This document shows positions 46,465 through 61,700 of a stretch of DNA of 64,000 nucleotides, one piece after another. How positions within the stretch are numbered: the first letter of the stretch is position 1; every line of letters begins with the position of its first letter. Source of the DNA: Guillardia theta CCMP2712 (taxonomy: Eukaryota > Protista > Cryptophyta); NCBI RefSeq assembly GCF_000315625.1, contig NW_005434607.1, positions 1 through 64,000 of the forward strand. Direction: 5' to 3'. The notes beneath the pieces were generated by a model that saw nothing but the letters and a program-made list of their open reading frames with translations, was not told where the DNA came from and did no database searches. The translations under genes and the position numbers were made by a program.

Positions 46465-48206
46465 ATGGATGGCTGGGCGCTTCTGTCGGTCATGCGGGAG
46501 GCTAAGGTAGGAACGCCCAAGGGGGTGTCGGAGTATGGCTGGGGATCTGCTTCCTACAATGCGGAGCCGTCGATGGAGGGGTGGAAGGGAGACTTTGTCG
46601 TGCTGGGAATCGAGACTAGCTGTGATGATACGGCAGCTGCAGTCGTTGAGAGCAGCGGGAGGATACTGGGAGAGTCAAAGAGGACTCAAGATCAGATCCA
46701 TGCTGCATGGGGAGGTGAATGTCTGCTTGTCTCCTGCCAGAGTTCCCTCGGCTGATCTTGCTGTCGCGCATGTTGACAGGTGTGGTGCCTGGCTTAGCGC
46801 GCGATGCCCATGCCAGCGCGATCGAGGAAGTCGTGAAGGAGGCACTGGAGAAGGCGAACGTCACCGAAGATCAGCTGGACGCTGTGGCCGTCACGATGGG
46901 GCCAGGCCTTGAGATCTGCCTGAGAGTTGGTTTCCACCAGGTCTGCTCTCATTCCTGTGCTGTGAGGACTGACGACTAGGCAGGCCCGTGACATCGCCCT
47001 CAATTTCTCCAAGACCTTCGTGTCCATCCACCACTTGGAGGCGCACGTGCTCATGGTGCGGCAAGCGGACCAGAACGTCAAGTTTCCATTCCTCGTGCTC
47101 CTCGTGTCTGGAGGGTGATGCTGTGTGCTGCACCTGATCCTCTTGACATGCGCGAAGGCATTGTCAGATCCTGGTGGCCCGAGGGGTCGGGGACTACTTG
47201 ATGCTGGGCGGGACTCTCGACGACTCTCTAGGTCAGTCTTGACGAGGTTTGACAAGCGATCGATGATGGTGTGCATGGCAGGAGAGGCGTATGACAAGTC
47301 GGCAAGAATGCTCGGACTCGACGTGGGAGGTGAGTTGAGAAATAACAAGTCATAGACTGAAAGGAGGGGCAGGAGGCGGCGGCGCTGCCTTGGAGGCTCT
47401 TGCAGAGAAAGGAAACCCAAAGGCTATCAAGTTTGGAGTGCCGATGGCAAAGAGGAAGGATTGCCACTTTTCTTTTGCTGGGCTCAAGACGGTCTTGCTC
47501 GGCCAGTCTTGGTGTCATCATCATGACAAACACGTTGACACAGGCTGTGCGGCTAGCGATACAAAATGCAGGAGGAGACCTCACCAATCCTCTTAATGAC
47601 GCACAAGCTGCTGCTGATATTGCTGCCTCGTTCCAACATGTCGCGATTAGGTATTGCCCTTGCTCGGCCCGTTTCAATTCATGGAGTGGCTTGGCAGGCA
47701 TTTGGAGGATAGGATCGAGAGAGCCATGAAGCTCTGCAAGGAAGAGATGGGCATGAGCGACCTGAAGCACTTGGTGGTGTGCGGAGGGGTCGCAGCCAAC
47801 AAGTGACATGCTTTTCTGATGCCACTGCACATAAGTGACTGTCCTCACTAGGTGCGTCCGATCGAGAATCTCCGACAAGGCTCAGAGTTACAACATCACT
47901 GCAGTGTTCCCCCCAGCTCGGCTCTGCACAGGCCTGTCGCTTCCATGAATGGCTTGTGCCGCTGAACCCGTCTACAGACAACGGAGTGATGGTAGCGTGG
48001 GCTGCTGTAGAGAGGCTAAGGCTCGGAGTCTGTGAAGATCCTACCGAACTTGAGGTGAAGCACGTTGTGCTCTCCTGCGCACACGTTGATGTTCATCACA
48101 GGTTAGGGCCCGTTGGCCTCTAGGAGTCTCTCAAGTCTTGTCCCAAGAGAAAGCAAGGAGCGCAGCACACACTAAGTTGCCTCACACATCGTCCCCGCCA
48201 GCATAA
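46465..48206 (+). CDS. tsaD: tRNA N6-adenosine threonylcarbamoyltransferase, organellar/bacterial type (TsaD/Qri7/OSGEPL1)
   Basis: VLGIETSCDDTAAAV, GG/VVP...AH, GPGL, HHLEAH, FPFLVLLVSGG/H, GEAYDK, FSFAGLKT, IAASFQ, GGVAAN, LCT/DNGVMVAW; stop 48204-48206. Start uncertain and may lie further upstream. Confidence 0.93.
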
Positions 48207-48535
48207 CTGAGAAGGATGAATCACTATCCTTTTCAAGCTTTTTGTGGCTTTCGAGAAGATCTGGAAGAGATGGCTGCTCTTGTTCTATGAATTGCACAAT
48301 GGTTCAATCTGCAATGAGAGAAATTTACAGCATACACACTCTGTGTATGTTTGTTTTTCTTGTGTATTAATCTGGTTGTGGTGGCGGTGACAGTGGTAAA
48401 TTGCTCTACACATGGATGGATTCAACGACTTTATTCAAAGTGAACCATAAATATACATGTCAAATCAAGTATCCTCACACGCTAGAGTTACAACCTTTGT
48501 ACACCAAACAAATCTGAGAATATGAATCAAAGGGC

Positions 48536-48930
48536 TTAAATCGAATCATGAGCTTCCCGGAGATGTTTGTATTTCTTTCGCTTGCATTCTTCAAAACCGA
48601 TGGACGTGATGATACCCTTGGAGATACCTGAGCATGTCTGATGATTCCGATGATTTCTCCTTCTCTCTTCTCGAAGTTTATTCGGCGTGAACGATCTGTC
48701 ACAACCACCCAACATGCACTTAGGACTCAGGGATTTCTTCTCGAAAATACGGAAGTCGGTAATCAAGTTCTTGGAAGTTGATACCGGACACATGGTTGGA
48801 GAATAGCCATAAAAATCATCAAAAAGCTGCTTGCAGGCTGGATCCACATCTAGAGGTGTGTCCCAATAGATTGATTCTATCGCAGACATGATGAAAGTTT
48901 TGGATGGTTTCGCTAATTCAAGAAGATATG
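48536..48930 (-). CDS. Small AT-rich hypothetical ORF
   Basis: ORF 48536..48889 extends in frame to ~48930; no domain recognised. Confidence 0.25.
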
Positions 48931-49787
48931 GACGTGAGGGCTAGCACGTCGGGGGGATGAAGGAGAAAGGAGCAGAAGGTAAAGAGGATTCAAGTAGACA
49001 AACAGGGAGGTGGCACAGTCCGAAGTGAGATGAGATGGTTTTGAAACTGCCGGGTGATGAAGTTCTTTTTGTACTTGGAGGGGGGCGGGGGGCGGAGGGC
49101 GGACCCCCATCGTTTTTATGTCAGCAAGGTACATCCAAGATCCGAACAATATTCTTTTCGATGAATGCCATAAAAAACAGATATCTGTTCAAGGAGTCTG
49201 ACTTCATAATCTTGTCATCAACTGCTGCATGCATTGAAAAGATATCTTTCCACGGACAAACAAATTAAATTATAATATTTTTACGAAGGTGTAGCAGATG
49301 CGTCGGGGTCGCAGTCCGTCACATGACTGCCTGCTGATGACCCGCCTCAGTACCTTGCGGCTTGCTCCCCTCAGATCGCCTCTTTTCACTACCCGCGGGG
49401 ATGCATCCAGTAGCAGTGACTCCATAGCGACTGGCCGCGCCGGCAGGTGCCGGCAGGTAGGCCGTGCAGTCCGTACTGATTGCGAGCTGCTGCAATGTAG
49501 CGCTCCTGCTACGAGCATGGTCGCATCCCCTTCCAACGTTGTGCAACCGAGTCTGTCTGTTGGCCAGCATCATCCTCCCATCCTCCCCGTACCTGCGCAA
49601 GATAACTGACAGTGGTGGAGAAACGATAGGATAATTGATAGGATAATAGATAAACTCATGTGCATACACACACACTCCCCGCCTGCGCGCACCATCTCCA
49701 CTGCTACGCTACTTGAAAAACAATCCACGGACAAACCATGCCATGATCAGATAATACAGTTTATTCACAATCATACGTAAGCGCAAT

Positions 49788-52700
49788 TCATTTCTCTAGT
49801 TCTACGGTTGCAGGAAAAGATTCGATCATGTCTGTACGTGATACGTGTAAGTTTTGAACATGTGTGTACAAGTGGAAACGTAGCTCTCTGTTGGCTCGCG
49901 ACAAGCTGAACATGCCGAAGGTTGTGACATTGAGAGAAGCTTCGGCCATGAGATGGAACCTCGCGGACGTCAAGCAGTGCAGCAGAAGATGAGCAGATGG
50001 CTCAGATGTGATCAAGACCGGCGCGCACACTGGCACGAAAGGTTGGAGAGTCAGATCGTGCCGTTGCGCTGCTCTACTTGGTGTGCACTTTGTGCCATCC
50101 AGAATGATCTGCTTGATCCTCAGCACCCTTAGGTTTCGACAGTGTTGGACTTGTTTGCCGTCTAGCTGAGCAACCACGCACACCTCTCCATGTTCGACGT
50201 CAGAGTTGACGGCAGATATCCATTTCTGAGACGAAACACTCAACGCTCCTGTGACGGCGACTTGCTCTTGTGAAAGTTGTACTGATGCACAAGGAGTTTG
50301 GGAGATCGAGTCGACAGCTCTTACGTTGGCAAGTGCCAAGTGTAAACTGACTGGAGGGTTTGCAGTCATCAGAGAGGCACTGAAGGGATCGCAAAGAACA
50401 GCTGAATCATTTCCTGTGAGAGGGTTTACAAGGTCGAACATCAAGGACAGTCTTGTTGGAGACTCCTGACACTCGTCTTGTTGTTGCTCATACTTAAAGA
50501 CGTCAGAGATCAACCGTCTGAAATCCTGTACAGATGGTGTACCTACGGTGCCCTTTGTATCCATGCTCAGAAGCCACCTGTGCTGCCAGCTCTCGTTGTT
50601 GCTCGTTGCATTGAGTTTCAGGGGACAGCCGCTGCTGAAGTCAACTCCGTTGCCTGACAACTGAAGCGATGCGTTCGCTCTGTCACCAATGACTGCAGCG
50701 GGAAGACCACACAGTACCGAAGAGGAGGAGACGAATTCCGACAAGGTAGAGACGTATTCTCCTAGCTTGCAAAACATGGACTCGGTGAAAAATCGCCCGA
50801 CAACGGCAACCGAGGCTGAGCCGTCAGCAAAAGTTGTCAAAGAGCATGCGAGGAGGGTTGGGTCCTTGAACGTTGCGATCTGAGATGAAGCTGAGATGAA
50901 GTCAAGCCCGTTGATAGTGACGAACAGCTGCTTGCTACCCTCACTTAGAGCAGGGCTGTCGCAGACAAGCATCGAGATCGAAATCCAAGTAGCGCTGACC
51001 AAGGTGTCTGAGAACTTACACATCAGTGAGAGAGCCTCAGGAAAATCGCCCCCTTGAACTGAGATCCTTGTTCCCCCGTGCTCCTTCACTAATGTAGGAC
51101 GCAGAGAAGATATCTCTGCATCATAGAAAATGAACATGTTGTCTTGTTGAATCACTCGTTCAGAACCCGAAAGATACACGAAGACTGCCTGAGTCTGATG
51201 AGGAGGACTATTGCAAACAATCAACGTAGAAGTTTGCGGGTATGCAGCCACATGATTCGATGCTTCGCTGCTGGTGATCAAATCTGAATCTCTCTGGGAT
51301 GTGAAAACGCACGAGTAATGGATGTCAGGGTTGAAAAGGCTGCCGATGACACTGATGGGCGTTTGACCTTGGGAGGGACCCAACGACGGCAAGAGCGAAA
51401 TCACGAACTGATCGCTGAGGTACAGGAAAGGAACGGAGGATAAGATTGTGTCTCCCGACAAGACGGCCAATTTCACAAGGGCCGGTGCATGTGACGGAGT
51501 TTGGCACGACATCTGACTCGCAGTCAAGCGCAGGGCCAGAGCGACGTTCTGATCGAACTTGCAGTAGAGGAGTCCAAGAGGTAACAGTCCACTGATAGTC
51601 ACAACCTGACCGCCTGTGGTCGAGGACTTTGAAGGCTCAGCGAGGAACCGGGACTTGTCGTACTTGAATTGAGCGACAGAGGAAGAGATTAGGTGGAAGT
51701 CCCAGCTGGTGATACTGATTTCATACGAGCCTGGCGCAGACGCCAAAGGGCACGCGCAGGTTGCAAGGTGAACATCCTCTTTGATGAACCTGCACCTGGT
51801 GGTACCCCATTGACAGTGGAACGTGTCCTCGTACGGCAGATAATCCAACAACATCCGCACCTGTATAGGCTCTCCGATAAACGCCTGGGTGGGTGAAATT
51901 TTCAGGATCTTCAAAGGAGTTCGAACATACACAGGGAGCTTGATGTTGGAATCTAGGCTGGCTGTTGAACAGGAGATCAAGACCATGCCGTACGACAGGG
52001 GTGGTACGTGAAGAGAAGCCATGGTCGACGATACCATCTCAGACATAACTTGTTGCTCCGACACCTTGAAGACAGTGGAATCGTCAAAAAACTTGCCAAA
52101 AACGAAGATTTCATGGGCTTTCTCTGCAAAAACATTCTGTTGTGAGAGCAGTTGCATCTGGCACACTTGGAGATATCTAAAAGTGCCAATCTTTCTGGTT
52201 GGCTCGAAATTGTCGAATGATACTCGAATGGAAACCAGACCTTCTCGATGTTTTGGGTTTCTGCAGGACATGGCAGTTGATGAGACGAAATCAAGATTTG
52301 CTTTGAAATCGTCGAAGAAAACTACTAGACTATCCGAGCGGGTAAAGCTACCGGCGATGGTCAGTGTTTGCCCTCCTTCTGTGGATCCCATGGTTGGGAA
52401 CACTCCAGAAATCCTGACAGAGAGCAGCGATGAATACCTGTCTCGAAAGTGTTTAAGCGAATCTTGTGAATAATTATAAGAATGAGCCGCATCTTCGAAG
52501 ACGAAAATAGGAGAATCGGATGTAGATGAAACGTTGAAATCAATCGTCAATGTGAACATGCCAGGAGAGTTTCGTCGAGCTATACAGATAATTAAGGACG
52601 TGCTTACAAAATACCCTGGAGATTCAGAATCATCGATCTTGCATAGAATTGTTTCGGAATCAACAAATTGTTCACCCTGCACTGTAATAGGAGTATTCAA

Positions 52701-55700
52701 TCGCACAGGAGCCTTGCTTGGAACAAAGCTGAAGATTCTAGGAGAAGACTGAATTTGATAAAACAACTCGTTTCCGATAGATGTCTGATTTACACTCGAG
52801 ACGGAGATCTGAATTTGATTTGCGCTCCTATCGTAAATGAGAGGGCACAGCAACATTGAGCTACTTATCATCATAGCAGCCGTGTCTATCCTTTGTACGA
52901 AGCAGGTGTAAGAATTGTTGACATTGAAATTTTCACCAAAGATTGTCACCATGAAATATTCATGAGGGTATCCCAACGATGGCCTGATAGAATATATCTT
53001 GAAAGGTTGAGCAAATGAGATAGTGAAACCTGTCTGGCTCCAATCTTGTTTGTTTGTTGAGATCAACAGTTCACTCTGCCCTTCTGTGAATGTCACATTA
53101 CAGACAGCAAGTTTGTCAGACAAAACGACTCCTTTAAGCACAGAGGAATACTCAAAGGAGAAATAGAGTTCGCTCAAGAAATTTGATCCAAAGATCGTGA
53201 ATGTTTGATCCATCTGGGCGGAAAGAAAGATCGGAAACACACGATGAACCTCAACAACTTTGTGGAAAATGAACTCCAAATCATTCGAGGCGTATCGTCC
53301 GATGTAATCAACCACCTGCACTTTGCTCTCGATGGGTAATGCTGAACCTGGTGATGTGCAGGTGATTCTTGTACTCGATACAGCAATGCCTGGAACTCTG
53401 ATTGAACCAAATTGACACTGCAAACTTGGTCCAACAGTGAAGTTGTTTCCAGTGATGCTAATCCGCGTTCCCCCAGTGACAGCACCGAGCGACGGAGAGA
53501 GCGCAAGTATTGTGATTCTTGGCATGACCGCAAGCTTGAAAGAGTTGGACTTCACCTGGGTTCTGAGGACTTGTAGATACACTTCAATCTCTGTGTGGTT
53601 AACACGCGGACTGAGACAAGTGATCGCTTGAGAGGATATGATATGAATACCAGAAATCTGACCATCGATGACACAGACTGAGTCAGCGTCAATCATGCTA
53701 GATTCCAGATATACAGTGATATTGATTCGTTCATCCATCCACAGATATGAAGGAAGGACGTGAGAAATTTTAATCTCACTATGCACCAAAAATGTCAAGT
53801 TCGATTCAGCATATTCTACTGCGTTGTTGGATATTGACAAACTTTGATTTCCAATAGCATACAAAGTACCATTGCAAATGATTTCATCATCCTTGTTCAG
53901 GACTGCAGACAGTACTTCCTCCCCTACCTTGCAAAGAATACGATTTGTGAATGCGAAATTTTTGCCATGCACAGTGAACACAACCGAACAACCCGCGACA
54001 GAAGCCGAGGGGTCTGCCGATTGGAGCTGGGGCACGGGGAAATATTGAAATGAGAGGTTCTTAGTAGAGATAGGAACGTCCTGAGCTAACAAATGAATGG
54101 TCGTCACCTCCACGGCCCTTGGCCACGCAGGAACTTGACAGATCAATTCAGACGAGGAGACAAGTGTGGACGAGAGGGATCTGCGGGAGCCGAACGAACA
54201 TGTCACACCTTTGACTTGGAGATTGAACCCACCAACGACAGTGACAAGAATCCCTCCCTGCATCGATCCCAGGCTCGGCTCAACTCGCCACAGTGCGAAG
54301 GGATCTTGATAGACGAAAGTGAGCATGCCTGGCACATAAAAGCCCTCCGAGCTTGCAGCGACGAGGAAGGGAACCTTAGCTGGTTGGTTCCGGGGAGGAA
54401 CTGAGCAGGAGAGCATCTCAGCACTGATCCACTTTGCTGCTGTCTTGCTCTCACCAACCAAGCATTGATATGACTTTTCCGCAGAAAATCCATCACCAAC
54501 AACTCGAACAATAAAAGCTTCGGAGATTGGACCAAACGATGGTAGTACATGTCTTACTTTCACCGGTCTCTCAATTATTATCGCGGACGAATTCAGGACG
54601 CTGAGATAAGAATTCTTGAAAACAACACTATAATTTCCGACTGAAAGAGCAGGAACTGTACATTGCAACATGGAACTTGTGAGGAAGAGAGCGTGGAAAG
54701 TTCTGTTCATGCCGAAGATACATTTGGTCCAGTCTTCCTCTTGAAAGTTAGAACCAAAGATGGTCATGATTGATGCTTGATTTGCCAAGAAGGTCGACGG
54801 TTTCACCTGGAAGAAAGTGGAAGAATCAAACAGTTTGAATGGAAAGCTTGTAATGAAGAAATTGCTTTCAAATATGGAGATAGACAATTGTTGAGCTTGT
54901 TGCGCAGGTATCTCACAAACAATGCTTGAAGAGGAGATAATGAGTGTCGTAATAGCAGAATTCTGAACCTTGCATGAGATCCAGGTGACATCCTTTAAAT
55001 GCTTAAAAGTCAATGTGACCTGAGTACGGACAAGAGCAGATCCAGATGTCGGCCAGATCTTTTCGACCCGTACCCGTTGGTGATACACAAACCACGCCCC
55101 CTCTGTCTCCCTCGACCCTTCCCCGTACACTGACACTTGCCCTGCCTCGCCGCGAGGAGACAGGCAGCTCACTTCCCACTCCGAAGTCACATTACACCTG
55201 GCCTGACGATCACCAAAGTTGATGTTCACCACCTCCTTTGCATACCCATACCCCTCCACCCTGATCCAATCTCCTCCGTCCACGCCCCCGACTGAAGGCT
55301 CTATCCTCATCACCACAAACCCCGAAGTCCATTCGTACCCAAACCCATGGGTGTCCCAGTCAACTCCATTCCTGCTGATCCCAACAGTCATGTTCCCCTG
55401 CCACGCTGACCTTGCACGCCCAGGCACCAACACTACCACCATGGTGGACGAGACATACTCGCTTACTTCTGCCCGCTGAGACCCGAGAGTGATCCCACAC
55501 TCCCTGTCCAGATTCCTCCCGAGGATGGTGATCTTCTCCTCTTGCCCCACCCTTGCTGCCGACGGCTTGATCTCATCGATCCGGGGTGGCTCGTAGTAAA
55601 TGTAGCTTTGCTCTCCAACTATGTAATCAACGTCTCGTATCACAAGGCGAAGGCTCGTCCTCCCTCCTCCCTCAGACGACGCTGGCGCAACACACTCACA

Positions 55701-58700
55701 GACAGTACTCGATCGTACCTCTGCCCACACTCGCACTCTTGCAAACGCACACAGCAACATCTCAGCCTCGAAGTCTTCTCCCTCGAGGAGCAAACGTGTC
55801 CCTCCCTGGCTGGGGCCTGACGTTGGATGTATGCTGGACACAGAGGGTAAGCCCACGTATCGTACTACACACGCTGGGTTGATTTCCATGCTGTGTGCCG
55901 AGGGTCTCAGGCGATAGACTCCCTTGAGCTTGGGGGGGGTCACGCATGTGGCCTGGTCCGAGTCTTGGACTTGACAAGACATCGCATGGTCGCCTACCAG
56001 CAACTCAAAGGTGACCCTGTGCATGAAGTGCCCCGACAGCGTGACCTCAGTGCCTCCAGTCTCGTAAACAGCCGATGGCCTGATAGCTTGTACCGATGCT
56101 TCGCCAAGGTAGGTGAAGTTGAAGCTGCTCTCGCAGTACTTCACTCCTTGCATAGATAGCGATATCACCACCGAGCCTGCTGGATGCGGCGGCAGCTCGC
56201 AGGTCACGAGGCTTGACGAGAGCCACAAGCTCGTCGACTTTGCCGCCCCGAACCAGCACTCACGATCTTGTTCCTTCACAAACCCCTTTCCTGTCAGAAT
56301 GACGCTTTCGTTCCTCCCGCTTGAGGAGCCCACGTCTGGCAACGCTGAAACTAGAGAGCACGCCTCCATGATCCGCACTTGACCGCTCGGATGCTCTGTG
56401 CACTCAGTATCTTCCATGCCTATGCCAATCGTCAGATCCTCCGGGACGGCTGTGGCAGGAATTGTGCACTCAATCTTGCTGTCAGACACAACCGACGAAG
56501 GCAAGACGGTCGTGCCCATACAGCAGAGAAACCCGTCTTGAAAGCCTGATCCCACAACCTCCAGCCTTGTAGGAACGGAGGTCACCCCTAGCGATGGCAC
56601 TACATCTGTGATCTCAGGGGCTGCTATCACTTCCAGCACGAGCTCTGATGTCATCGCGCCGCCATCTTGAGAGACATACAGCAGCTTTTCCCCTGGCGTC
56701 TGACTCGGCGACAGGCAAGCAAGCTTAGTCGAGGTCAGCCAGACTGCCAGTTGCGGATGCGCTTCATCATGTCGGAAGTCGCACCAGTATTCTGACTTAT
56801 AGTCGAAGCCACGGCCAAACACCGTGATGCTGCCCGTCTGATGCGAGAAGAGCCTGCGAGGCTTCAAGTGCGAGACCGCGAAGCCTCGCAGAAACAAGAA
56901 GCTTGTCCCCGTGCTAAACCAGCTCCCTAACACCTGGAGACTCAGAGTCGCGTTCCCGGCGTCGTGCCGTGGCGTCGTACAGCTAATCATGTTGGCAGCT
57001 ATCCATCGCCCCCTGCTCGGCTCCGAGCCTTCTCCGAACCTGCAACCCACCCCCGCGTCCGCTTCGAAGCCTCTCCCTATCAGCGTCACCGGGGTCTCCC
57101 CGCTCTCGGGTCCGCATGAGGGCTCGATCCGGTGCACCTCAGGCGCCTCGTAGAAGGATAACACCTTCTCGTCCTGCGTGAAGTCGACTCCGTTGAGCGA
57201 CACCTCAACGTATACCTTCGGCTCCTCACGCGTTGCTGAGGCGATGCAATGCAGCAACGTCGAGGACGCAGTCCTTGCGGCGGTGACTTGAGTCCCCACT
57301 CGACACCACATGGAGTCCTCTCTGAAGTCTGTCCCGTATACTTGAATCTGCGTCTTTTGTTGGAGTTTGCAGAAGGAAGGTGTCAAATTCGTGATAGTGG
57401 GGGGTCTCACAAAAAGAAATTCTGCATTCCCAGAATGAATTTCGTTTTCCATGCCAAGTATTTTGTCGATAGACATAGTTTGCTCTGTCGTTGTCATTGG
57501 TGTCAAACACTGTATTTGAGAGCTTGAAGGTCTTGATATAAAATGGAATGGACGACAAGTAATTTTCTTTTTGATTATTGGATCGTAAGAAATAAGTATT
57601 TTGGTTCCTCCAGATATTGGACCAATAGTAGGATAAAATCGAATCGAGCTGGTTATAATCTGGATGGCTGCGGTCAAAACACATCTTTCATCAGGATGTG
57701 AAATTCTAAACGAAAAATTACCCGCACGTTGCAAATAAATGGTGCACTTCGCTGTAGTTGAGGAAATGATTTGAATGCCGGACCTTCGATTCTGAAACGA
57801 GCATAATGAATTGTTCAACATCTCCAAATTGCTGCCCCTCACAGTGATATCATGTTGGAGATCTTTGCTCCAGGAAATCACTGAAGGCATCACTTCCATG
57901 GACGGGAAAGAAGCAAATTTCAACAGGTGTCTATCACTCGTGCAGTCCTTCTCATTCAACCCGTACTCCACTGCTTGTACTGACGGGGAGACATAAGGAA
58001 TGTGGCATACAAGCTTGGATGAGGTTACAAATCTTGTGGGTACAAATTTCTGTCCAACTTTGCACTTCCCCTGACTTTCAAAAGACGAACCAAAAATTGT
58101 TATCAAAGATGTATCATTGGTACAAACTTCGGAAGGAAACAATGAAATTACTCGAGCAGCAAATTGAAGGAATTCAAATTTCAGTGTTTCCAACATGACC
58201 CGAGGATAGGAAGACGATTCATATACTTCCACCGTAACGAAACCTGCTGAGTGCTTTGGAGTAACACAGACAAACAACAATCGTGACTTTTTCTCACAGG
58301 ACGATGCTGTGCGATCAAAGAGAACTTGCAAATTGTGTTGTTCAACATTCAAGACAACTGACACATAGTCTCCTCCTGCAGCTGATCCAGAACTTGGAAC
58401 CAATTCGATATTACCACTTGAAATTGACAAAATACTGAATTGTTGCGATGACCATTCAGTTTCAAATGCATCAGATACGAAGGATGGAGCACTGAAATAT
58501 ACTTGGAAGCTATGATTTCCTTCACGTAAAGAAAGCGACACACAAGTAAGTTTCGTGCTAGACGCCATGACAGTCATCATCATATGCTTTTCAGCTACGA
58601 TGCATCTGTGTGATGACACATCAAAACTCTCTCCTATCACTGTGACAATCGATGGTCGAAACGATCGAAGAACTTTCGGTGATATTTCCCAGACTCGTGG

Positions 58701-61700
58701 GGGTTTACGTACGATGATCTTGAGAGAATTCATGCTTGATAGATGATCCATTCTTGCAGACACTTCAAATATTCCTTCAATCTCATTCGGAACTTGGCAG
58801 GTGATTGAATCAAAAGGAGCCGGGCTTGCCTCATATTGTTGAGATCGAACAATGCAAGAAATATTTTTGAATTTTGAAACAGATATGGAAAGCTTCAATA
58901 GCAAAAGAGTTGGTCGAAAAAGGAATCCAAAGGAAGGCTGGATAGACAAAATTCTGAAATCCTCACTCAAAAATTCAAAGTTCAACTTCGTTTGATACAG
59001 CTCGTTTTGGCCGTCAGTCACACGAAAGGAGTGATTACCCACAGTTCCTTCAGGAACGGTGCATTGAATGGAAGTAAAATTGATGTAGGCCGCTTTTGAT
59101 CTGAATGATCCGAAAAGACATCTGTAGGTGGATTCCACCTGAAAATTATTGCCTAGGACCGTGACATAGGAACCACCCTGTTCGCTTCCATAAGAAGGAA
59201 AGATCGAGAGAACATAAGTATTCTGAAAAATCAGAACATGTTCCATGAGGATTGACGGAAATTCCCTCCAAAACAGGTTGATTTTATTCTCCCCTACATT
59301 CAAAGAGACAAAAGTGCAACGAAGCATTGAAGAACTGAGAATAGAAGCCTCGTGATCCGCAATTTCACCCATTCGACATTTCAAGGTAAGGAACGGGGAT
59401 GAAAGTCCAACACCAATCATGGTTATTGTGCTCACTTTGGTGTTTGTACGATTTGGAATGATTTGATCTATTCTCGGTCTTTGCACGAATGGAAACATGC
59501 CGCCGTTAGCAATATACTCTGATGAAGACGATTTGAGGCTGAACTTCACCTGCGAGGGAGCATCTAGAATCGGTGTATGACAAATGGCAAGTGATCGATT
59601 CACGACTGATGCACGTACGTTTTGGGATCCAAAGTAACAAGTTGTGGTCATATGCATGGAAAAGTTTTGTCCATGTACATATACACTGGTACTCTCATAC
59701 AGAAATCCGACTGAAGGCTGGCATGTCACCAGTTCGACAGAGGGTACTTTCTGTGACATATTAGCTGTGACAAGGTTGAGTTTTGCTGAAGTTAATTCAA
59801 AGTCTATATTGTTGAAGCTCACATACATAGAAACATTGGAAATCAGTGGGACTGGCTCCAACGCGTACTGCACCTCGAAAGAGTTGTTTTGATTCTTCTG
59901 TGTGAGACGTTTCGATTGAACCTTTGCAAATTTCACCCGTACATCTGCATTCCAGTTAATGCTGCCAGTCACAGTCACAATACTTGCAGCATTTGCCAGG
60001 ATCTGTGTAGGATTCACAAGAATATCTTGCGACGGCAGCCAGTGATGAAATATTTTTTCATCAGACATCAATTCATGAGCAACAAAGCTTATTCGAAACT
60101 CAGAAACAGCAACATTTGACTTTGGGGAAAGGCATTGCAAAGCAGTTGAAGACATGAATGTTCCAGCTGTAAAAATGGTGTGGGTCCCATTTCGAAACCT
60201 GAAAGTAAATGCACATTTCCAGTCATCTTGCACAAAATGGATGCCATAGATTTGAACTTTCGTGTTTCCTGTGCTCGGAGCATTATTCGGGAATATATCG
60301 AACAGTAAAGGCGTCGGAATCACATTCAAATGAGTTCTTGACAGTATACTGTCTCCCAAAAGCAACTCAAACTGCATTCTCTTAGGAGCCCCCCCTGGGA
60401 AAATACAGGAAACTGAAGTCGAATTCATCCACACAGTTCGCACACGATGACCATCAAAGTTGCAGGAGACATATGGAGAGAATTGAAAATCTACTTGGCC
60501 AGAGCATACAGCATACAATCTTGAGCCACCACAGCTATATGCATATTCTGGAACAAGATTCCATTCATGTTGATCGGAGGTGTATAAGAATACAACTACT
60601 GATGTCTTGAGAGGTTGACTGTCTTGAACTAGAGTGAATTGAACATAACCCAAGGCGTTCTTAGGTACCCAAGTGATAGCATGTGTCTTATTCACTCTAT
60701 GAAGGTCTGCAATCGTCTCGCCAAATCTACACTTGACAGCAAAAGCATCTGGAAAGTATCCTAAGACAGTTATGGGATAACCACCCCGATGGCTCCCTGA
60801 AGTCGGGAATATACCTGCAAGAGAGAATCTGCTGTAATATTCAAACCAAACGCCTCCATGCGATTGGGAAAATTTCGAAACAACGGAAACTTGCACCATG
60901 CCTTTAGCATGGGGCGGGGACAAACACGAACAAGACGTTGACGTCAAAAATCTGAAAGCAGCTCCCGCCTCATCGCCAAACCTGCAGAAAGATGACGAGA
61001 CAATGAAGGTTCCTGTGATTGTCAGAACTGTTCCTCCATCCAAAGGACCAGACGATGGAAAGGCACCAGAGATAAAAGTATCTTCAAATATTTCAATTTG
61101 CTTCGAATTTGTCATCACATTCGATGAGCGATCGAATGCAAATTGCAGCGAGACATTTGAAATACCAACTTGCCTTGCGAGAGGTACAAAGCATCGAGCA
61201 ACACTTGAAGAAACCAACGCAAGATGAGTAAACTGCTGTCCAAACAAGCACTTCCATTGCTTGTAGGCGGGAGGAAAGATTCCTCTCAAGCTTATCAATT
61301 GACTGCCAAGCCTTGAAACTCTAGACGGAAACACTTCTAATAGAGCTGGAGATTGAACAAACAAGAATTTGAAATCTAAATAAACAACGTGCGAATGCAG
61401 TAAAATCAAACTAAGAGTCGCGTTCCCGGCGTCGTGCCGTGGCGTCGTACAGCTAATCATGTTGGCAGCTATCCATCGCCCCCTGCTCGGCTCCGAGCCT
61501 TCTCCGAACCTGCAACCCACCCCCGCGTCCGCTTCGAAGCCTCTCCCTATCAGCGTCACCGGGGTCTCCCCGCTCTCGGGTCCGCATGAGGGCTCGATCC
61601 GGTGCACCTCAAGCGCCTCGTAGAAGGATAACACCTTCTCGTCCTGCGTGAAGTCGACTCCGTTGAGCGACACCTCAACGTATACCCTCGGCTCCTCACG

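Noticed and set aside
49270-49745. Possible extra exon of the IPT gene or a small separate gene
   Set aside because: The IPT ORF already has a stop and AATAAA; the short ORFs here show no recognisable motif.
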